Shown: one piece after another, positions 48,198 to 56,462 of the stretch
Layout: each line of letters begins with the position of its first letter
Position numbering within the stretch: position 1 is the first letter of the stretch
Source of the DNA: a virus
Reading direction: 5' to 3' (one strand)
DNA: 64,000 nucleotides
IMG/VR virus record: IMGVR_UViG_3300018080_000110
Location: 32,001 to 96,000 of that record
Made by a program: the position numbers and the translations under genes
Notes under the pieces: generated by a model
The model's database searches: none
What the model was told of the DNA's origin: nothing
What the model saw: only the letters and a program-made list of their open reading frames with translations

Positions 48198-49658
48198 CTA
48201 GGCTAGCGCTACAGCCAATGCCCTGGAAACCATCTGGTCCGACGACACAGAAACAGCTGCGATATCGCCAGCTGCGCGGGCGTCGCCCAAGGCCGTGAGA
48301 TCTGGCACAGTGACCGTGATCCCAGTGTCGCTCCATTTGGCTGTAGTGGTTGCACCAGTCTCGTTGGCCGGTAGGCATTCCTGGCCAGAAACGCTGACAA
48401 CGTTTCCCGCGTAGGTGCCTGTTCCGCCAGTGAAGTCTTGCTCCGCCACGTCGAGGGTCAACGATCCGGAAGCATCCTCATTGGCCCGGATGTAACCGTC
48501 GGTATCTGCAGCGTTTGCGTTGATCGCCGTAGCGATAGCATTGACCGTACTACCACCAGCTGCGAGTGTGATCGTCAGCTTCGTCCCGGTCAGGTCGATG
48601 TCTAGGGCTCCAGCCCCGGCCACCACCTCCACCGTAAACCCAGAGTCACCGGGCTTTAGCATCTCCACCAAAAGATCTGCCGCCCCCTCGGTGATGTTGA
48701 CCGAATCGAAGGTCTGACTCTGCAGGAGATCTGTTCCCTTCAGAACCATGTCGCCGCCTGCGGCGGCCGGGGCGCCACCGTCGATCCAAGTCACCTCGGG
48801 GAGGCCGGAGCGCTGCTCTAAAGCATCGGCACGACCTTCGAGCGTCGTGATGTCGCCCTGTGCCGTAGTGATGTCACCCTGCGCAGTAGATACGTCGCTC
48901 TGCAGAGATGCCACATCAGACAATTCCATCATCGCCAGAACGTCTGCCTGCGTGCCATCCGACATCATGGAAATCTGGAAGACCTTGTCTGCTGGAGCGG
49001 CCAGAGCCGGGACCGTCACCTTCACGGTCGTAGCAGTCCACTTAGCCGTGGACGTAGTGCCGGTCTCATTGGCGGGTAGACATTCCGTGCCGCCGACCAA
49101 AACCTTATTGCCGTCGTAGTCACCCACACCGCCCGTCATAGCCTGAGAGGCTTGAGCTGCGGTGAAATCTCCACCGGCAGCACTGACTGCTCGAATGTGC
49201 CCATCCGTGTCTGCCCCGTCAGCGTTGATCGCGGTGGCGACTGCGTCATCAGAGCTACCAGCTGCGGCCAGCTCGATGGCGAGGACCTTGGTGGATGAGT
49301 TGTACGCCACGGAGAGGGCTCCGGCACCAACGGTGACAACGACCGTGATGCCACTGTCCCCCGGCTTGAGTGCGTGAAGAGTCAGATCGCCGCCGCCACT
49401 GGATTCCGTGAGCTGGAGGGAATCGAAAGTCTGCCCCTGCAAAAGATCTACGCCAGTCAGAATGACGTCTCCTCCTGCTGCTAGAGGAGGCTCACTGTAG
49501 TGAAGCTCCGGGAATCCGGCACGCTCCTCAAAGTTCTGGAAACCTTCCTCTACGTCATTTCGGAGGTCTTGAATCTCTGACTGAAGGCCGCCCGATCCAC
49601 GAAGCAGATGTGCCTTATGGGCTCTCTGGCTGCCGAACGCCTTACTCTCTTTTGCCAT
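48198..49658 (-). CDS. Structural fibre/decoration-like protein with duplicated domain
   Basis: Two ~200-aa repeats (DLLQ.QTFDS ... ECLPANETG...AKW) joined by heptads DVSTAQG-DITTAQG-DITTLEG. Confidence 0.65.
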   Translation of the reverse strand: MAKESKAFGSQRAHKAHLLRGSGGLQSEIQDLRNDVEEGFQNFEERAGFPELHYSEPPLAAGGDVILTGVDLLQGQTFDSLQLTESSGGGDLTLHALKPGDSGITVVVTVGAGALSVAYNSSTKVLAIELAAAGSSDDAVATAINADGADTDGHIRAVSAAGGDFTAAQASQAMTGGVGDYDGNKVLVGGTECLPANETGTTSTAKWTATTVKVTVPALAAPADKVFQISMMSDGTQADVLAMMELSDVASLQSDVSTAQGDITTAQGDITTLEGRADALEQRSGLPEVTWIDGGAPAAAGGDMVLKGTDLLQSQTFDSVNITEGAADLLVEMLKPGDSGFTVEVVAGAGALDIDLTGTKLTITLAAGGSTVNAIATAINANAADTDGYIRANEDASGSLTLDVAEQDFTGGTGTYAGNVVSVSGQECLPANETGATTTAKWSDTGITVTVPDLTALGDARAAGDIAAVSVSSDQMVSRALAVALA

Positions 49659-49670
49659 CGTATTCTCCTT

Positions 49671-51047
49671 TTACTCTTCGACCTGCTGGGCCACGCGCAT
49701 GATAATACGCTTGGAATCCAGCGGGAGGGAATCGAAAATTTGCACGGGATCTTTGGCGAACTCTTCCGCCAGGTCCTCACCGAATAAGTCTTTGATCTGC
49801 TCGCGATCTCGTTTGGCACAAGCTTTCAACCGCTCTTCATTGACTACGTCATTGCCATCAATGAAGCTGTACTCGGCCTGCTTCTCCACACCATAGATCG
49901 AGAAGTACGGGTCTGGGATCCCATTATCCCAAAGTAGATCGAGATTGTTGTCTCGATCAAACTTCTCCAAAGCTACGGCGATAACTTCTGGCTTGTAAGC
50001 CGCACACTTCTCCCGCATCTCCTGCAAGAGCCCGTGCTCACTGGTGCCTTCACGGAACAGCCGCTGGCGGCGATAGATCTGCACACCGGCATCCTTAGCC
50101 ATGGCAGCAGACCCATACTTGGCAACGAGATCTGGGACCTGAAGGCCTAGCTCTTCCGCGCGATTGTTCACGCGCAGGCAGAACATCCTCCGCTCGTGTG
50201 GCTCGAACTCATGCGCGTACTTCTCGAAGTACGTGCAGGCCTGTTGCACCTGCGAGGCCGTATCGATAGGGTAGACAGCCTCCCCCTCTTTGACCAAAGC
50301 AAAACGCTTACCGGTTTCCTTGATCGTTGTCGCCGGAGGCTGTCTACCCGTGATATCGACGTAGGGGTCCATCGCTGCACTCTTTTCCACACTCACACTA
50401 TGCGGCATCACAGGGGAACCTGCGAGCTCACTCTCTTTCATCTTGAACGCCTGCGCCGCTGGAACTCCGGCCTTCATCGCCTGCTGGCGACGTTTGAAAT
50501 CCTTATGGCCCTGCATCAGGCCTGTCCCCATGGTCAGCGCCCCCATCGCAGCTCCGACCAAAGCTTGCTTCTCTTTACCCTCTTCCGGACACGTGCTGCG
50601 CAACTTTCTCCGGAGTGCCTCTCGCTTTTTTCTTGCTTCGGGACCTCTGCCTTTGATCACGTCCCGAGCCCTAGGTAGATCGGGCTGCAAGATCCCAGCC
50701 ACCTTCCTGAGATCTGAGGGAGGGGCGATATCGTACCACCCACAAGCCTTGAGGAGGTTGGCAGCGGCGGTCTTTTGCGCCTCGACGGGCAGCTTGTCCT
50801 TGTTTTCGAGGAAGTAGATCACAGACAAGGCTGTGTTGCCCTTATCCACGCACGCGAACTTCCTCATCTTGGTGCCGTGATCGAGCGCAACCAAAGCAAA
50901 AACGTCATCCGGGAGCTTGTTTAGCTCTTCCTCAGTGAGCATCTCTGCAGTCTTAACAAACTCCGGGATGTCGCCGTGGTCAGGGATCCGTCCCTTCAAG
51001 ATCGATCCATTAGGATCGTCGTAGAAGTCGAGTTGCGTATCGATCAT
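49671..51047 (-). CDS. Head-associated protein with DUF6582-like repeats
   Basis: LPDDVFALV..KF and RFALV..YPID..V..A..YF; many K-x-A motifs. Confidence 0.6.
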   Translation of the reverse strand: MIDTQLDFYDDPNGSILKGRIPDHGDIPEFVKTAEMLTEEELNKLPDDVFALVALDHGTKMRKFACVDKGNTALSVIYFLENKDKLPVEAQKTAAANLLKACGWYDIAPPSDLRKVAGILQPDLPRARDVIKGRGPEARKKREALRRKLRSTCPEEGKEKQALVGAAMGALTMGTGLMQGHKDFKRRQQAMKAGVPAAQAFKMKESELAGSPVMPHSVSVEKSAAMDPYVDITGRQPPATTIKETGKRFALVKEGEAVYPIDTASQVQQACTYFEKYAHEFEPHERRMFCLRVNNRAEELGLQVPDLVAKYGSAAMAKDAGVQIYRRQRLFREGTSEHGLLQEMREKCAAYKPEVIAVALEKFDRDNNLDLLWDNGIPDPYFSIYGVEKQAEYSFIDGNDVVNEERLKACAKRDREQIKDLFGEDLAEEFAKDPVQIFDSLPLDSKRIIMRVAQQVEE

Positions 51048-51079
51048 CTGTCTCTCCTACTGTACGGAGCACGAGACTC

Positions 51080-51109
51080 ATCCTAATCCACTGTGATCGT
51101 TGAGGTCAA
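51080..51109 (-). promoter_or_regulatory. sigma70-like promoter for portal operon
   Basis: Minus strand TTGACC-N18-TAGGAT. Confidence 0.45.
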
Positions 51110-51147
51110 GTACGTGATTGCGGAGATGCGCCCACCGTTACCCCAAT

Positions 51148-51174
51148 TAAAGATCGCAGAAAGTTCGGTATAAG
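51148..51174 (+). promoter_or_regulatory. Putative phage-specific promoter, copy 6 (replication operon)
   Basis: TAAAG-N16-TATAAG. Confidence 0.5.
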
Positions 51175-51216
51175 TCTTCCGGTATAGGATCCACAAGGTT
51201 AGCCACAGGAGGAACG

Positions 51217-51573
51217 ATGTTGCGCTATGCCGACCGATATCCTCGGAGCGAGAGGGTGCCGGAATGTTTTGGCCGGGAAGCATACTTCGATTCGAGCTGT
51301 TCTGAATGCCGAAGATGCCACTTCATGGATGACTGCAAGCAGGAAATACGAGGGAGGAGAAGCTCCTCAATACCGATCAGAAGACACACAGAAGGCAGAC
51401 GTACCCCGTCTGGTCCTTCGCTATCCATGCGCGGTCCGGAAGATAGGACACATGCCGGCGTCGTTTTGGAAGGCGAGACCCCATTCGAGAGATTTGTCAA
51501 AGACTGCGCTACTGGAGCCTGTCGAGGTTTCTTCGAGGAGGGATGCGACTTTTTCCGACATTGGCGTTGGTAA
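51217..51573 (+). CDS. Small Cys-rich Zn-binding protein
   Basis: CFG...CxxC...C motif; AGGAGG RBS. Confidence 0.65.
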   Translation: MLRYADRYPRSERVPECFGREAYFDSSCSECRRCHFMDDCKQEIRGRRSSSIPIRRHTEGRRTPSGPSLSMRGPEDRTHAGVVLEGETPFERFVKDCATGACRGFFEEGCDFFRHWRW

Positions 51574-51643
51574 TCAAGGTGTTACGAGAGATGGTTGACT
51601 GGACCAGTGCGTACAGTGTACGTACTGGGGCACCTCCCCAAAA

Positions 51644-53122
51644 ATGGGGAGGTGTCTTGGAGGGAACATGGGCAGTTACTGTTTTTTGATCAAAGACCCC
51701 GATAAAGCCTACCTCGGTTCCCAACTCTGGCTCCCCAAAGCTCATGTGAACACAAGATCGATCAAGGCGTCCCTCGAATTTGAAGTGCGCGGAGACGAAG
51801 GACGAGAGTTCCTACAACTTTGGGAAGAGTGTCCTCAACATATTGCTGTCCCGCGAGAGTACGTACTGCGCGATGACTATGAAAAGCTGACATTCCCCAT
51901 AGTGGACATAACGCCATCAGATTTCCCCAAAGCACATTTCAAAAGCAAGTTGATCTTGGACTCCAAGGCGCCCGGAGAAGATACGCAAAAGAAGGCTTTC
52001 TCTTCTTTCTCAGACCAGACCAATGGATTGTTACAGCTCTCGTGTGGAAAAGGAAAATCCTGCCTCGCGCTTCATAAGATAGCCCACGAAGGGAGAAACA
52101 CTCTCATCATTGTCAATCAAAAAACGATCTTGGGCCAATGGGAAGAGGCGATAACTGACTTTTTGGAGTTCGAGGGAGGCGTCGGGAGAATACAAGGTTC
52201 GCCCGACAAATGGGATTGGCGACATCCAATTACGATCGGCATGCTGCACAGCCTGGCCAGACACCCAGACTCAGTGACTCCAGAAATGAGAAGGTGGTTC
52301 GGTGTTGTGATCTGGGACGAGGTCCATCATCTCAGTGCCCCGTACTTTTGCGTCACGGCTACGATGTTTGTCGGTCAGCGCTATGGTCTAACAGCTACGG
52401 CCACGAGGGAAGACGGAACAGAGGTAGTCTACAACTACCACCTGGGGGAAGTCTTCCACAAAGATCTAATGCAGACGGTTAAGCCGACGATCGTATTCCG
52501 GCAAACTCCGTTCTCCATATCCGCCGAAGACTACTTGGAGCGAGTGCTGGACAAACGAGGAAGCCCGAACATGAGTAAGCTCCGCACGTTTGTTGGCACA
52601 GAGATGGAAAACAGAAACAGATACATCGCCAGAGATCTACAAGACGCCATTAACGCGGGGAGGAAGGTTCTCGCACTGAGTCACAGCAAGCAACAACTCA
52701 AGCTGATGCACGAGATGTTCTTAGCGAAGGGCGTAGATTGTGGAATTTGCACGGGAGACCAGAAGGTCCAGCAAAGATGGCAAGCTCTTCGAGATAAGCA
52801 GCTTATCTTCGGCACTCACCAGTTAGTTCTCGAGGCCATTGACGAAGATTCCTTGGACACCCTCTTCTGGATGACCCCTTTTGGGTCTCAGCATCCGGAA
52901 GGAGGAAAGAATGCCCTGCAACAAGGCATGGGACGCATCCAAGGATACCGCTTTCGCGAAGGCATGAAACACCCATTGGTGGTGATCTTTGACGATATCT
53001 ACATCAAGCACTTTCACCGTATGTGCAACAAGCTCCGTCTGCAGATGAGGCGTTGGCCGGAAGACGAAGGCGGACCATACGAGTATAAGGTTCTCAAACC
53101 GTTTGAGGAGGGGAATGACTAA
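51644..53122 (+). CDS. Superfamily 2 helicase (UvsW/XPB-like)
   Basis: CGKGKS, IWDEVHH, GLTAT, QGMGRIQ. Confidence 0.9.
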   Translation: MGRCLGGNMGSYCFLIKDPDKAYLGSQLWLPKAHVNTRSIKASLEFEVRGDEGREFLQLWEECPQHIAVPREYVLRDDYEKLTFPIVDITPSDFPKAHFKSKLILDSKAPGEDTQKKAFSSFSDQTNGLLQLSCGKGKSCLALHKIAHEGRNTLIIVNQKTILGQWEEAITDFLEFEGGVGRIQGSPDKWDWRHPITIGMLHSLARHPDSVTPEMRRWFGVVIWDEVHHLSAPYFCVTATMFVGQRYGLTATATREDGTEVVYNYHLGEVFHKDLMQTVKPTIVFRQTPFSISAEDYLERVLDKRGSPNMSKLRTFVGTEMENRNRYIARDLQDAINAGRKVLALSHSKQQLKLMHEMFLAKGVDCGICTGDQKVQQRWQALRDKQLIFGTHQLVLEAIDEDSLDTLFWMTPFGSQHPEGGKNALQQGMGRIQGYRFREGMKHPLVVIFDDIYIKHFHRMCNKLRLQMRRWPEDEGGPYEYKVLKPFEEGND

Positions 53123-53870
53123 GTACTCAGATAAGGAAAATGCAGTCCTCTCCATATTCAGCAAGTGGAAGGGCTGTAAAAAGTGTGATCTGGGTAAATT
53201 GCGTGAAAAGAAGCGAGAGGACACAGGAGGTATCGGAGGAAAGATCGTATTCGGCGATGGAGACGTGAATGCAGATCTAGTGGTCATCGGCATAGGTCCC
53301 GGAGAGACGGAGGACGTGGACGGGATGCCCTTTGTTGGCGAGAGCGGAAAGATCTTGGATGATTATCTAGATCTAGTCTCTCTATCCAGGGAAGAGCTAT
53401 TTGTCATGAACATCGTGGCCTGCAGGCCGTTTAGCAACTCCATCGACTTCCGCACCAAGAAGCCCAGAGAAGAGAATAGGGACCCGACCCCAAAGGAAAG
53501 AGAGACCTGCAGGCCGTTGTGGCAAGAGGTTCTTTACACGATAGACCCATTACTCGTCGTGGCGATGGGTAAACCCGTAGTGTCGGAGGTAGCGGGAAAA
53601 GGAACCGCCGCCATGCGTGAAGTGCAGGGAAGCGTGATGACCTGCACGATACCAGGCAAGGCGGTTCCTGTGACCTATCCCGTGATCCCCATGTACCACC
53701 CAGCTTTTCTTTCGCGAAGTGGAGACCACTACGATGGAGGACCTTGGCATCAGGCAAAAGTTGGTTGGAGGAGAGCGGTGTACTTCCTAGATCAACTTCG
53801 AAACATCTATCACGGGACCCCCATGCCAGATAGGGGGTTCAAAGAGAAAGATCTATTCCTTGGAGGATAA
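53103..53870 (+). CDS. Uracil-DNA glycosylase, family 4-like
   Basis: CKKCDL Fe-S ligands, VFGDG, GIGPG..ED..G.PFVGESG, NIVACRP, MYHPAFL. Confidence 0.88.
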   Translation: MRRGMTKYSDKENAVLSIFSKWKGCKKCDLGKLREKKREDTGGIGGKIVFGDGDVNADLVVIGIGPGETEDVDGMPFVGESGKILDDYLDLVSLSREELFVMNIVACRPFSNSIDFRTKKPREENRDPTPKERETCRPLWQEVLYTIDPLLVVAMGKPVVSEVAGKGTAAMREVQGSVMTCTIPGKAVPVTYPVIPMYHPAFLSRSGDHYDGGPWHQAKVGWRRAVYFLDQLRNIYHGTPMPDRGFKEKDLFLGG

Positions 53871-53872
53871 CA

Positions 53873-54328
53873 GTGAGGAAAAAACGGAGAGCAAGAACAG
53901 CTGAGGCGGCAGTAGAGAGGTTTGAGGAAGCGAGCAGTGAACTAAGAGCCTTCGCAGAAGACAACTTCGAGTTCATGGACGAGCTACGTAGGTTGATCGA
54001 AGACTACAACGCGTCACTCAAAGAGGCTACGGCGGCTCTGAAGAATCAGTTGAAGAACTCTGACAGAGACCGCTTGGTCATCGGGAGGTTTGGAGCGATC
54101 AAGAAGCGGAAGGAGTTCTGGGACGGGATGGAACTAGCCGGGCTAATCCCCGCGAGGATAAGCGAACACTTCTTGAAAGAGAGAGTTTCGTACGAAGTGG
54201 ACGTCAACAAGTTAGAGCAAATGATCAGGCAGGGGGAAGTAGATCGAGACGAGGCGTTTAAGGCTTTCCACCGCCAAGACCCAACCTTGTCTTTGATGCC
54301 CGGCGCACCGAAGGAGCTAAAGCTATGA
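53873..54328 (+). CDS. Hypothetical protein (coiled coil, Gam/Gp157-like layout)
   Basis: N-terminal coiled coil, then EVDVNKLEQMI. Confidence 0.55.
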   Translation: MRKKRRARTAEAAVERFEEASSELRAFAEDNFEFMDELRRLIEDYNASLKEATAALKNQLKNSDRDRLVIGRFGAIKKRKEFWDGMELAGLIPARISEHFLKERVSYEVDVNKLEQMIRQGEVDRDEAFKAFHRQDPTLSLMPGAPKELKL

Positions 54329-54705
54329 CAAGGAAGCCGCCGACCAGAAAAAAGCGTAAGGCTCCGTCCAAAGGAAAGGCTCAAGTCAAGCAGTCCACCA
54401 CAGTCAGGAGGGGGTCTTCCAAAGGACCTGTTGTCCACCACGAGGACAAGATCGAAGCGGTAGATGTCCCCGTTGAGCCTGGACCAGAGTCTGTGAGCGT
54501 CGGGTACGACATCAAGTACTGGGCCTCAGATGTCAACCACGGCATGACCATGGGAACTTCCGCCTACGTCAGGTTGAGCTGTGGAGAAACACTGAAAGAC
54601 CTAGATCGCGCCAACGAGATAGCGGCGGACTTGGCCTACAGCTACATGGAGAAGAACGCGCGAGCTGTCCAACGAGACTTGGACAAGTTCTTTGACGGAG
54701 ACTGA
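54325..54705 (+). CDS. Hypothetical protein
   Basis: Coupled ORF in the replication operon. Confidence 0.6.
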   Translation: MTRKPPTRKKRKAPSKGKAQVKQSTTVRRGSSKGPVVHHEDKIEAVDVPVEPGPESVSVGYDIKYWASDVNHGMTMGTSAYVRLSCGETLKDLDRANEIAADLAYSYMEKNARAVQRDLDKFFDGD

Positions 54706-55039
54706 CATGGCGAAAAAGATTTCCGGTAGTCCCACATTCGACACACTACAGCTCATGAAGTTGTTGGTGACGCGTGGACCTAGGTCGGATGAAGTAGAAG
54801 CTACCATTGCGTACGTCAGCTCACAGACTCATGAGATGTTTGGGTCTGTACAGCTGGCGCTAGGAAACCTCAGCAAGCAGAGCAAAGAATTGCTCTCGAA
54901 CTTGTACTCGTCGATAGAGGAAGACGCCGCCGTCGCCATCTTCGGCGAGAGCAAGGAAGAAAAAGAGAAGGAGGGTATTCACAATGTCAAGGAGCCCGAG
55001 GGGATTGTTGCAGCAGCAGAGGAAGCTGATCAAATTTGA
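54692..55039 (+). CDS. Hypothetical protein
   Basis: Coupled ORF; likely start ATG 54707. Confidence 0.55.
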   Translation: MTETDMAKKISGSPTFDTLQLMKLLVTRGPRSDEVEATIAYVSSQTHEMFGSVQLALGNLSKQSKELLSNLYSSIEEDAAVAIFGESKEEKEKEGIHNVKEPEGIVAAAEEADQI

Positions 55040-56120
55040 TGACCTAGTAGATCGCATCCACCGTCTCCACGATCAAAACTTCGAGGACAAGGTCGTGGAC
55101 TTAGAGAACATCAACGTTGTCTCGGACGGCAATAAGAGCAGACCGGGCGTTTTCTTGGACGTCCCAGAGATCGGAAAGTTGTCTTTGACCGATTGGTCCA
55201 AAAAGCAACTTGGCTCTACTCTCGGCATCAAGTTCGACAAATGGTTCGACCCAGCTGTCATCAGCGCGGAAGAGATTCAGCAAGAGATCCAGCGGAGGTT
55301 CTCCAGGACGCATGAGGCAAGGAAGGTCAGAGCCCGGAGATTCGAGAAAGACGCGCCCGGGACAAAGCACGCTGACGGATACATCCGCGCGTTTCTTTCG
55401 CCCACATACGCTCCTATCGACGACGTTAGGATCTTCGACCGCATGAACAAGAGGTTCCGCGGCCACATGAGCGACGTCAATTTCATGCAGAACCATCTCG
55501 GTTCGGATTTCTTCAGCGACCGTTCCAGCCATTACACGATGGTTGGCGAGCCCGTTAACATGGGAGCTATCGATCGCAAGCACTCCGACCCAAAGGTACG
55601 ACATATCTACGACATCGCTGAGATGGGAGGGGCATTGCCTGATAGCGACTGGGTCTACCAGGGATTCCATTTCCGCAACAGCGAAGTCGGGTACACTGCT
55701 GTCACTATCGACGCCTCCACGTTTCGTCTTGTGTGTCTGAACGGGATGATCGTAAAGGTCAACGACGGTCGCTTGCTGTATCGTGTCCACCGCTCTATCG
55801 ACGACGACTCTATCGATTCTCTTCTGGATGGGGCTTTTCGGAAGATGCCAGCGGCATGGGAGAGAACCAGGAAACAGATGCAAGCCCTGAGAGGTCATGT
55901 CCTGGATGACCCGCAGGCAGAGATCACGAAGTACCTGCACAACCAGAAAGCCACGAAAACTTTTCAAGAGGCGGTACTGGAAGCGTTCGCCGAGGAGCCT
56001 TTGCCGAATCGATACGGGATCATGCAAGCTCTGTCCCGAGCCTCCCATCGGGAGACCGACATGGACAAGCGTGCCGAGATCGAAGAGATGGCGGGCAACT
56101 ACATGGCGCGATACGCCTAA
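54984..56120 (+). CDS. DUF932-like protein
   Basis: RAFLSPTY..ID, FRNSEVG, FRLVCLNGM. Confidence 0.75.
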   Translation: MSRSPRGLLQQQRKLIKFDDLVDRIHRLHDQNFEDKVVDLENINVVSDGNKSRPGVFLDVPEIGKLSLTDWSKKQLGSTLGIKFDKWFDPAVISAEEIQQEIQRRFSRTHEARKVRARRFEKDAPGTKHADGYIRAFLSPTYAPIDDVRIFDRMNKRFRGHMSDVNFMQNHLGSDFFSDRSSHYTMVGEPVNMGAIDRKHSDPKVRHIYDIAEMGGALPDSDWVYQGFHFRNSEVGYTAVTIDASTFRLVCLNGMIVKVNDGRLLYRVHRSIDDDSIDSLLDGAFRKMPAAWERTRKQMQALRGHVLDDPQAEITKYLHNQKATKTFQEAVLEAFAEEPLPNRYGIMQALSRASHRETDMDKRAEIEEMAGNYMARYA

Positions 56121-56145
56121 CCCGCAGAGAGGTCAGGAGGTAAAC

Positions 56146-56454
56146 GTGGTGAACCCCAATCGGAGACCCAAGCAACTGAGCTTGGGTCAAGTAGCGAGCG
56201 ACCTGAAGGCGCTAAGAGAAGGACACGACAGACTCAAAGCGACAGTCGGGAAGTTGAAGGACATTCTCCAGACGCAAGACAACTGGCACGCACACGTTAG
56301 CCGCTGGATCGGTAAAGAAGTTTGCGTTTGGAGCGACGAAAAGCTGTATCTCGGTAAGCTAAAGTGGACTGACAGATACAATCTGGGCCTAGAGCTAGAG
56401 GACAATTTGGTCATCTTCAACAAGGGCCACATTTCCAGACTTCACCTTGCTTAG
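56146..56454 (+). CDS. Hfq/Sm-like protein with N-terminal coiled coil
   Basis: AGGAGG RBS before GTG 56146; IGKEVCVW..LYLGKLKWTDRYNLGL..LVIFNKGHISRL aligns by eye to Sm1/Sm2 of Hfq. Confidence 0.65.
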   Translation: MVNPNRRPKQLSLGQVASDLKALREGHDRLKATVGKLKDILQTQDNWHAHVSRWIGKEVCVWSDEKLYLGKLKWTDRYNLGLELEDNLVIFNKGHISRLHLA

Positions 56455-56462
56455 GGGGGGCT

